Source: Chrysomallon squamiferum
Lineage: Eukaryota > Animalia > Mollusca
Assembly (NCBI GenBank): GCA_012295275.1
Contig: CM022671.1
Span: 32,054,001-32,118,000 of the forward strand
Direction: 5' to 3'
DNA: 64,000 bases
Shown here: positions 53,466 to 64,000 of the stretch, in pieces
Numbering within the stretch: position 1 is the first letter of the stretch
Layout: every line of letters begins with the position of its first letter
Notes under the pieces: model-generated
Databases searched by the model: none
What the model was told of the DNA's origin: nothing
What the model saw: the letters and a program-made list of their open reading frames with translations, nothing else
Program-made: the position numbers and the translations under genes

Positions 53466-56400
53466 ATATAGTAGTGTGATAATCAATGTTTTACACAGCT
53501 GAGAATGATTCTAGAACAAAGAAAACATCAATGGCCATTAGATGTCAGTGAAAGGTTAAATGATAAATATCAGTAGATTTAGTAGCGTGTGTTGAATGGA
53601 AGTGTAGTTAAAAACAAGATTTCTTTCCAGACATTATTTTTAGCTATTTCTGTTATCTTTTGTATTTTTGTATATGTAATGGATGTGTTTTTGTTTGTTA
53701 TGTGTGTAGGTGTAAGTATATATATATATATATATGCACACATAAATATGTGTGTAGTATATATGAATACACCAGATGTATGTGCATGCTTTGTCTGTGT
53801 CTTAAGTGCTAAATCATTAAACAAACATAACTTTTCTTTTCTGATATGGAACATGGCAACATGTGTATTAGTCAGTTCCAGATGCTGTCAGAACTTCTTA
53901 TCAGTCTGATATTTCAGTGTAATTTGCACGTTGCCATATGCTATTTCTAAATTAGTTCTTGTACATACTTTTTTCATTATTATTTCTTTTTTTTAGAAGG
54001 GATAAAAAAATATATAAATTTTAAAAAATACTAACTAGATTTATTCTTTCTGAATTAGAGGCAATATCTATAAACATTTATAATTAAAATGAATAACCTT
54101 TGAAAATGTTGAAAACCAACACCAGTGTGTGTGTCCGATGTGCTTTTCCACTGTCTCTTACAGAGTGAGAGTTTGACTTTCTAACATTTATGGAGTGCAG
54201 CTAAACATTGACACTGTAGTGGATTATTTGTCAGCAAATATGTTTGGCCTGATATTGCAGAGGCACCTGTGAGTTAACCATGATATGTAACCTCTTATGT
54301 CAGCTGCAAGATCAGCATCAGGTGAATAGCAGTGTGCTAATGAGAAGACCTAGTCTGGCTAGTTGTGTTCTGCATTTTGCCAAGCATTGCAAGTATAACA
54401 TTTACTCTCTTTGTGATACACTGCAAAATAGAGCCTCTGAGTTTCTCCAACAATCTTAACCTTTACAAACTGTTTGGGAGTATGAAAAGAAATACACAGT
54501 CGAATTCAGCTCTTATTTGTGGCTTTGTTAACTCTGACATGATCAGTATATACCTTTGTAGAGAGCATACTCCTGTGTGTATTCACACAGTTGGCCTTGG
54601 TGCATTGATTGTTGAGAAGCCGACACCTGCTGTTTGACTTGTACAAATCTGTGGAGTATCGTGGCTTTGCCAGTATGAATAGCTGCACAAGCCATAGCTC
54701 TTGTGCTTTGCCACTCTCTGCTGACTTAATATTGAATTCCAGTATTTTCCTTCTTTAAGAACTCTACAGCTGCAATAACTGAGGCAGTTATGGAGTAGAC
54801 TTCTTCGTTTAAGAACATGTATACATAATACTCTTTCATTTATTATTTTTAAAATGCCGATAAATAAAATAAAATACTTTATTTTTTAAAAGAAAAAGAA
54901 GTAAAATTATAATAGTGTAATTTTCTAATAGTGTAATTAGATTTTCATCTTACTTTAAATATTATTATTTTATAACAGTTATAGCAAAATATTTTATTAT
55001 TATTATTATTATTATTCATAAAACTATTGCACATCTACATTATTAATATTTATTAAGTATATGAAGATGATCTTCTTTTACAATGGTAATAAAGGTACAA
55101 GATTAATTGATAACATGTCAGACATTTTTTATATGTACATAATCTGTAGAGAAGAAAGCACATAACATGCTTGGCATCTGATATATATGCTGGAAATAAT
55201 CCATTAAGGATATAATAAGAAACACTTAACATATGATGGAATCCAGATTTTTGCTATATGATTGGAAAATTTAGAAATTGATTTTCTTGTGTGTAAAATA
55301 ATAATTTTATTTGTACAAGTGATAGCTGTCATTCTACTCCAACACAAAACAGGAACATTTTTTTTTTCTTTCTTTCATTTTTTCTTAAATTTCAAATTAC
55401 TGTTTCTAAGTGAAACAGTTATTTCTCTACTTCAGAATAAATAATACATGAATCACTATTTTGTATTACTGAATTGTATTTTTTTTCTAACCCATAGAAC
55501 ACTGGTGTGTTTTTATTTTTATTTTTTTATATATTTATTTTTTATTATTATTATGTGTTCTTAAATACCACAAAAATTGAGTAAACTGTCACCATTTTTT
55601 TTCCTTTGTTCTTAAGCTTCTTATGGCTAATCCAGTAAGTTTTTTACATTTGTAAGATTGTAAAATTATACTACAAACATTATTATTATTAACATTATTG
55701 TTATTATTTTTAATGCATTTTAATTTATTTTTCATTTTAAGTTTCAGTAATATTGGATATCATTTCTGATTCATGTTTCTCATTTATTTATTTTTTATTG
55801 TTTTTTCAAGTCAAGCTGAATATTATTATCATTTCATTTTCTAAAGTTGTTGGTTATTGGTTCAAAAAATGGCAAAAATAAAAAAAAAAAAAAAAGAAAA
55901 AAAAAAGACATTTACATAAATTCAGTAAAACATACCAAATCTATTTGTGAACAGCAGAACTTGTTCATTTGTTACATTTTATACACTAGATCAGTGGTTG
56001 CATTAATGAAATAATACATTTGTAGAGTTTAATATACCAGTCCAGTTTGGTGTTAAATCAGTGTGCAGAATATTTAACTAATTTGTGATTAAAGAACAGC
56101 CAATGATTATTTCAGCAGTTATTTTAATTTAATTATTTTGTGCCAAAAGGCATGTTTTCTCTTGAGCTAGCCTGTCTGAAGTGAGGACAATGGAACTGAG
56201 ACACTGAAAAGTAATTACAGTTGATCCAGAATTAAAAACGGCTGCTTCAGTTGAGAAATCAGTGCTCTTGCAAATCGGCCATGGGGCAGTTAAGCAGATG
56301 GCAGGGAACAATTAATGAGATAATGCAATGTGAAATAATCAGCAATAAAGTAATTACACATACTTTCAGAGTCAAAATTTAATGATTTCTTAACCAATTC

Positions 56401-57104
56401 AGTCCTAATAATGATAAATGGCCAACTCTTAATTATTATAAATCCTCTCGATTAAAATTTATTTATTTATCAACTGAATGCAGTAAAACCACATTTAAGC
56501 ATGAATTCACATATAGGCTTTCATAACTGTATGCATTTATTAAATAGATTTCAAACTAAGTTTTAAATATTGTATAATAATATACTGATGGTTGTTGTTG
56601 ATGTCACAGATGCTATTTCACGTTAATTATAATGACTGAAGCTGAAAAAATCTTTTGACATAACCTGTATCAGAATATGTGCTTCAACCTTGAACTAAGA
56701 AATTTATATTAGTTAATTATTTTTTTAAATTAAGTCTTATATTCAGCAGGAGAATTTGTTGTAAATGTTTAGTGTGGAATTGCATTTCCAGTAGATACTG
56801 TCTTTAAAATAGTGGAGTTAGGAAAGAAAGAAAGAAAAGAAATAAATACCATTTTCTCTAATAACATGAAATTACCGTGTATTGAAGGATTTCGTTGAAT
56901 GGCCTGCAGCAGTTGTTGATAACTATGTTAATGTCAGGCAGTTGAAGAAAAAATCCATGGCAATTGTCTGGTATCAGTAAAAATAGTTCCCATTAATCAG
57001 TGATTGTGACTTAGAATTTTCAATGATGAGGGCATCATTTTTTTTTTTTTTTTTTTTCTCCTCTCTTTGCTCTTTAATACTGGCTTTATTGTTTAGTGAT
57101 GAAT

Positions 57105-57250
57105 TGGTTGTAGCTCAGTGGTTAGAGCATTTGTCTGAGGCTTGCTAGATAGAAGGATCAGTCCTTCTAAGTATCCACTAATTGGACAATTTCCCATTCC
57201 GGTAACGACTGAATTATTGATTTATTGAAGGTAAAATGTATACTTTCCTT
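57105..57250 (+). mobile_element. tRNA-derived SINE head (A-box intact, B-box decayed)
   Basis: TAGCTCAGTGGTTAGAGCAT is a pol III A-box / D-arm. It is followed by aggatcagtcct and attggacaatttcccattccggtaacgactg, as in the other SINE copies. Confidence 0.6.
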
Positions 57251-60204
57251 ATTAAACTATGGTCTGCTTCCTGTAATAAACAGTTCGCAGAGTAGAAAAC
57301 CGAACAAGCCAGGCCAATAGCTGTTCAGAGAAATAAGTGGCAAAAACACTGAACCAAGGCTGGAATTGGATATTACTTTTTATTTTTCCTTGTTTCTTTT
57401 TAAAAATATATTTTCGGGAAACACTGAACTGAAACAGTAAAAGAATATTATTTCAAGCAGATAAACTTTGTTCTCTGTGGAAAATATTTACTTTGTAAAT
57501 GAGCCAAGAGTGCTGAGGCAGTGATGTAGCTGTACCTTGCAGTTAACATAAGTGGTAGACAGATAATCAATTACTGGCTTTGTTTACACTGCTTGCTACC
57601 TTATAATAAATAACTTTATATATAGTTTTATTTAAAAAAAATATCCTTCATACTGGTTATATATTGTTGTTTTTGTTTAGGTGAGAATAAACAGACAGTA
57701 TTTTGTGCATAATTTCAATACAATACAAATAGTTAATTGAGTGTTACGATTTTTAAACATTACATAACTCGTGTAAAGCAATCAGTATTGTTTGTATGGT
57801 TGTTAATTAATCACATTCAGAACAGATGCAGTTCATGGTCGATTAAATTTTGACATAAACCATTTTAAAGGTCTGTGCTGTTGTTTTCCATTGTTAAAAC
57901 ATCTGTTTTTAAAAGACAGCATGATATTTATGTTTCATCAACTACATCAGTGGGATAGTAAAAACAAAAAATTTCTATTTTGTTGCAAGGCGTTTTAATA
58001 ACCTTTGAAACACAATAAAAATAATTAAATATTTATCACTTTGTTCTCCAGGGGCCAAATATGTATCGGATTGCAAAAGTTTAAGCCATTCATAGAATGT
58101 ATCATGAAATAATTGCTAAAAAGTGTTAGAATGGCTTTTCTTTGTATCTGGTTTGTCTTTTCTTGGGATCTTTTAAAAAAAAAATACATTAAGTAAAATA
58201 AAATAATAAATGATAATAAAAAGTAAATTGACCTAGATGATAGAAAAATCTGCACTAAATAAAATTTTAAGTAGCTTTTTGCAATTAATCTGCATTGCCG
58301 TTGCTTGTTGGCAAATAATAGAAGTTGCTGTGTCGTGCAACCCATCATCAACTCGTGGCTAATGTGCCATGTGCATTTTAATAATTGAACATCCTGTTTC
58401 TTGCTCTATCATAAGAGAACGCTAATCAAACCGCTGGCCTTGTTTGTAATGATTTTGCCGGCTCATGGAAGATTAATTTAAAAATGCTTGCATTTCTCAA
58501 ACCCAGGAGATTTTCATTGGGCCATTTTTATGAAGACCAAGAATGACATTTTCCCAGGCTTTTCTTAGGGCCACGTTAACATGCTTGTGTAAATTTTCAT
58601 GCAGTGGCAAGCTTTGTTTTTCTTTCCTTGCTTTGCCAATCTGTTTTCTGCTACATGGGTGCTTCTAAGGATCAATTCTAATGTCTAACGCAGCACTCTT
58701 ACTTCACAAGAATCACAGTTCAGGCTGTTGAAGGGAAAGAAAAAAAATGGAAAGATAAAAATTTTAACTACAAAATTTGCTGGTTTCATCATTTACTTGG
58801 CTAAAAAAAAATTGACTGTGATAGGTAAAATGCATTAAGTGAACCCTGCTCAATTTACTTGATGCAGACAGTGTCTTTTCAGTTGCCTTAATGCCTTGTG
58901 AATTCATTTCAGATGTGCAAAATAATGGGCACATAGCAGCAAAAAAAAGAACAAACAACCTTTTGTTTAACAGATATTCAAGTGGCAAATCAAGGAAACT
59001 TTTTGTCCATTCTTAGCAGACGGATGGATGGACAGACACACACTCATACACAATAGACACATGTATGTGTCTATGTGTGTGTGTGTATATATATGTGTGT
59101 GTGTATATATATATATATACATATATACACACATATGTGTGTGTTAATTCTTGAGAATTTATTACTGAATAAAGCTTGATCATTTTAAAAAAGATTAATT
59201 AAATAGATGATTTAAAAAAGATCAAGTAAATAGATATATTAACAGTATGGTTAAGTAGTATAACAATTTGTTAGGCTTTTTAAAAAAAAAAAAAAAAAAT
59301 TTATAATTAAGGATAGAATATCGACATTTATTCACAATCATTGTTGACAAAAAGCCGACAATGGTAAAAATTTTAATTTTAATTTTATCATTTTAATTTT
59401 CTTTCTTACCAAAGATAAGAAATTCTAGGCATAAATTGAATTTCTGAATAGTTTATTGTCTGTTATATTTTTTATATTAGCAGTTAAATGGTTTTTTAAA
59501 AAAAAAGAAAAAAAAGAAAGTAAATCGATAAAGTGATTGTATATGCTGATGGTTACAAGATTAGAGCAATGAATTTATCTTTTCTGTTATCAGTCTGTCT
59601 GAGGCAAATTAGAAACCTTGCAGAATATTGCTTTGTTGCATCATGAGGTATATAAAAATAAATGGGAAGAATTTATTGTAAGACATAACTTCAAATAAAC
59701 ACACTCAAGCGATTGCATGTTGGTATCAGTGGCAGGACTGAAATTGATCCCCAGTTGTAAAGTAAATTAAAGAAAATAAATTCTGAGGCTTTACTTGCTC
59801 TGACAAGTCAATAAACATGATAATCGGAGATGTTAAGTGACAAGGTAAAAGGAATTTGATTGAAGTGTTTCATGGTGCAGGCCAATAAAGACATCACTAA
59901 ATGATTGTGCTTTCCAGCTGTGCTCTTCTGGCAGACCTACCAGTTTTCAAGATTTTTACCTCTGCTGTTGTTTTGTCTGCGCTTTTTAATTTTTTAAATT
60001 TTAAAAAGAAACAAATTTTTATTTTTACAATTTTTTTTAATTATTTTTTTTATTTAATTTTTTTTTTGTTGTAATTTTAATGGATGGGGTCTAGCAGAAT
60101 TATTTTTTCCCCTCTGGCTTCCAGTTTTGCATATAAATAGTTTCATGAATGTTTGTGAGATACACAGTTTCTGTCTGCCTGTGTTCTTGCCTGCCTGGTT
60201 TTCT

Positions 60205-60207
<3 letters not shown>

Positions 60208-60266
<59 letters not shown>

Positions 60267-60270
60267 GTGT
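60208..60270. repeat. (TG)n microsatellite
   Basis: Direct reading. Confidence 0.95.
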
Positions 60271-60930
60271 TTTGTTTCTTAGTTATAGTTTATTCTTGTT
60301 TATATTGTAGACATTATTTGTTGTTGTTATTATTTGAAAACTATTACATTATTTATTACGTAAAATTGATCCTTGACATGTTTATAGTCTGAATTCAATT
60401 TTGCATAATACAGCTATAAAATTGTTGTCATAATTTGCCATTTAAATGACATTTATTTATTGTTTAGTGTTCATCAACATTTAATTTTATTTTTATTATT
60501 ATTTTTCTTCTTCTTTCTTTCAATTTATTTATTATTATTATTATTATATTTTTGATTATTAGTATTTTTACTTTATTTATTATTTTGGAATAGTAACAGG
60601 AACATATTTTAATTTAGTGGAATTCTTAGAAAATCAATAACCACTATTCACAAAGAAGTTCATTTTTGTACATTTTTTTTTAAATATTAAAAATGTTTCT
60701 GTCATTTTGTCCTTTCCCCTTGGCAACCTACACAATCAAGCTTTATGTCAAAAAAGGATTCCACATCTGTTTTATATCAAAGGTGTAAGGATATGCAGTA
60801 AGATGATTGAAGATTTTAAAAAAGAAATCATACTGGTTATTGATAAGAGTATATTAAAGAGACAGAAAACATAAATCTAGTTTCATTTTCAGTCACACTA
60901 AAACCAATTATACAGTTATAGACAGAGAAT

Positions 60931-60931
60931 C

Positions 60932-60964
<33 letters not shown>

Positions 60965-60976
60965 CACACACACACA
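60931..60976. repeat. (GACA)n(CA)n microsatellite
   Basis: Direct reading. Confidence 0.9.
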
Positions 60977-62947
60977 AGCACAGATAAATACAAACAGTGG
61001 AAAACACAATTATATAGCTTAGTAGATGCCAGACTGTCTTGACTGTTAGTGATTAATACAGAGGTTTTGGAGTATGGCTCTTACTCCATTACATGTATAA
61101 ATACTTAACATTACAAGACCACCAGCAATGATATTCTGTGTCAATAGGCAAACTTGTTTCTGCTTCTTGTAAAATAAATATACAATAACATATTGCGATA
61201 GTTGATTCACTTTATCTTTGTATGTATGTATGTGTATGTATGCAGTGAGCTGAGTAGTGAAGACTTGTTTATTACTGTAACATAGACGTGTTTGTTTGAA
61301 CATATGTTAATGTGTGCAAACTGACTTTTATGTGTAGCATTTTGTAAACTGGTACATGGTAAATGATGTTTAATATGTAAACTAGAGAAAAAAAAGTTAA
61401 GTTGTTCTTCATGCATTTCTTAATAGGTGATTTAATTATACGGTTTATTACCTTTCCAAAAGTGCAGAATGATTATAACATATATTAGAAGAAAATCAAA
61501 TCAGAATTAAAATGTTTGCAACAGATTATTTAAATATTCCACTGTTGCCTAATTTGTATAATTGATAGTAATTGTCTTCATGTGGAATGAGTTAATTAAC
61601 ATTCTCTGAAGAATTAAAAAACCCCAATAATTTCTGGATAATTATATACATTATGAATGGAAAATGGCTAGGTAAGTAAATATAAATAAAACATGGGAGT
61701 GTGAACTTGTTGATAAACATGTCATCTGATTAGCACTCATTATCTTTATTATGCATTCATTATCTAAATAGCCAGATTCTGAGAAAGAAAAACCCATTTG
61801 GTTTGAAGATCATGGTTCATTTTGAAACACTTGAGTAATCTTCTTGAAAATTTGTTAATTAAAAAACAGTTCAGCAGCATCTTTTCATTAATGACTTTTT
61901 TTAATTCTTTTTTTTATGGTTTTCATTGATCCTCTTCCCAAACTTTACTAAATCCACTTACAATAGTTACCTTCTTTTGTATTTACTAAAAAGGGGAGGG
62001 GAAAAAAAAGAAAGAAAAAAGAAAAGGAAAAAAAGGCTGCATTTGACGTAAAAATCCATGATAATTTGTAAATCATTTCTCTTCATAGTGTTGAAAAAAA
62101 GGCTGCATTTGATTTCTTGGATAATTAATTCTTAATATCATAGAAGGAAATATTGATCGTGCACCGATGCAGAGAAATCTGCATTGATTTGTCTGATAAA
62201 ACAGAAAGGATACATTTATATCGCATACTGATCTGTCTGGGATGTCCCTTGCTTAGTGAAATGGCAATTGCTTCAGCCTGACATTTAAAACCGTACCTAA
62301 CTCTACATAAAGCATATAGTCCTAAAAGTTTATTACACTGTACACATGTCTGGGTTATTTAGTCTGCCATTTTAATTGATTATTGCAATGGAGATTTTCT
62401 GTAAAATTCATGAAGAATATGTCTAACGAGTATTAGGAACAACTGAGTGTTTTAATGGGGGTTTTTTTTGTTTTGTATTTTTTAAATTATTGTAAAAAAA
62501 ATTTGTTACATAATAATAAGGGTGTGTTATAATAATAATAATAATAATAATATAAAAAAAATATATATATATTTTCACTGTAGTATTTACTACAGCATCT
62601 GATCTATGAATGTTGAGAAGAATTCATTGTTTGTAAATACATAATCTGAATTCGTAGTGAATTTATAAACTCTACCAGCTGTTACAGTAAAACCTTTTTT
62701 TTTTGAATATACAGTTTGTATAACAACACGCAAACACTGGCTTCAGCAAGCCTTTCATGAAGATATTTCCATGATAAATATTTGTCTTTGGAAAAATGTT
62801 GTTTTGAAAGGTAATGTCATAAATAAGGAATAGTAGACATTCTGTGAATAATATTTTAAGAAGAAAAAAAATTAAATATATGCCTTTTTGCCCATTTCTG
62901 CTTGATTTTTGTTTTTCCATATAAAGCTTTGTTTGTATTTATAGATT

Positions 62948-62951
<4 letters not shown>

Positions 62952-63001
<50 letters not shown>
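62952..63001. repeat. (TG)n microsatellite
   Basis: Direct reading. Confidence 0.95.
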
Positions 63002-63002
<1 letters not shown>

Positions 63003-64000
63003 CATATTGTGGCCATCATATCTCTAGTGTGTGTCTGCTTGTGTATGTGAGTCTATGCATTACTTTGTGATTAGAGCTGTGTATTATATATGTTAAGTTA
63101 AATTTGCTAGAATTTCTGATAGATCTCTAAAAATGATCTCTGGAGTCTGTTGTCTGTGGCATCTGGATCTTTCATGGTTGGTGTTTCTGCAGGAACCCTT
63201 GAGGAAGCACACATGTTTGACATATTAATAGACCATACAAATACTTTAGCAGAAGTGCTGGTACAAAATGTAGTCTGCATCAACATAACCATTTTAAAAA
63301 GTGGACCATTTTCTTTTTCATGTTGGTTGGTTATTTGATACAAGCCGAGTGGATATTAGTGCAGGAAAAACAATCTTGATAGATATACATTCATGGACCT
63401 GGTGTGCTTAACAAGCATTTCTTGTGCACTTCGAAAGCTAGTGCAGTGTAATTACACTCATGATGCTCAGCACAGCTGGTGGCAGGGCGAGAAAGGTTTT
63501 CTTTGACTGCATGCTTTCTGAGAGCAGCCTTTGTACACAGACAGATAGCCAGCCCAACACTAAATGAGGTCTCCCAGCATGAAGTTGAGATGTTAGTCAG
63601 CAAGCATTTCACAAAAATTGACAAAAACTGATGTCTCTGATCGGTAAAATAGTTGGCAGAAGAATTATTGTGTGCCAGTACAGCAGTAATTTGCATTTAA
63701 CTGAAATTTCTGGACTACCATTTTCTTTAGGCTTATTGATGTATGGATATTGTGTGACTGATGTGGCAGTTCAGACAGATGGATAGGAAAAATATAGCTT
63801 TCCTTATGGCTTAATAATATCTCATCTTGATTCTAAATATCTGACATTTACAAAGATACGTTATAAATCATTAGCTTTTCAGAGAGCGTTTTAATATTTG
63901 TCAAATGGCTGATAATTGTAATATGAACTCTAGAACCTGCATAAAAGAAGTTTCTTTTATAATTCTGAGATGGGGAGAAAAAAAGGGAATAAATTTGGCT

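Noticed and set aside
57105-57185. tRNA gene
   Set aside because: Only the A-box/D-arm is recognisable. There is no intact T-arm or acceptor stem, and the sequence continues into SINE body.
63107-63696. Cluster of 60-100-aa ORFs as exons or a transposase remnant
   Set aside because: No recognisable domain motifs and no consistent splice signals. Retained only as a candidate non-coding element.

Overview
AT-rich, microsatellite-dense animal DNA, probably invertebrate. The dispersed repeats resemble gastropod-mollusc SINEs as I remember them, but this is unverified. Only two protein-coding loci can be supported, both on the + strand. (1) The last two coding exons of a Mondo/MLXIP/ChREBP-family gene lie at 363-492 and 1345-~1470, followed by a probably long 3'UTR. 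The ORF track does not show this gene as such. (2) The first coding exon of an AUTS2/FBRSL1/tay-family gene lies at 31912-32160, with a CpG-rich promoter and an intron that runs without a confidently identified exon to the end of the window. Main points: the Mondo-AUTS2 adjacency mirrors human MLXIPL-AUTS2 (7q11) and MLXIP-FBRSL1 (12q24) linkage; the Mondo terminal exon has an apparent +1 frameshift; one Mondo acceptor looks minor-spliceosome (U12) type; the putative 3'UTR holds a perfect 56-bp hairpin and a cluster of Pumilio elements; an orphan CpG-rich promoter-like block near 15 kb points toward a possible unannotated minus-strand transcript; and a 57-bp hairpin minisatellite sits at 26.5-27.2 kb. 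No CRISPR array, prokaryotic system or intact transposon ORF is visible. Almost all listed ORFs are low-complexity artefacts. All homology calls come from remembered sequences and hand translation, not from a database search.
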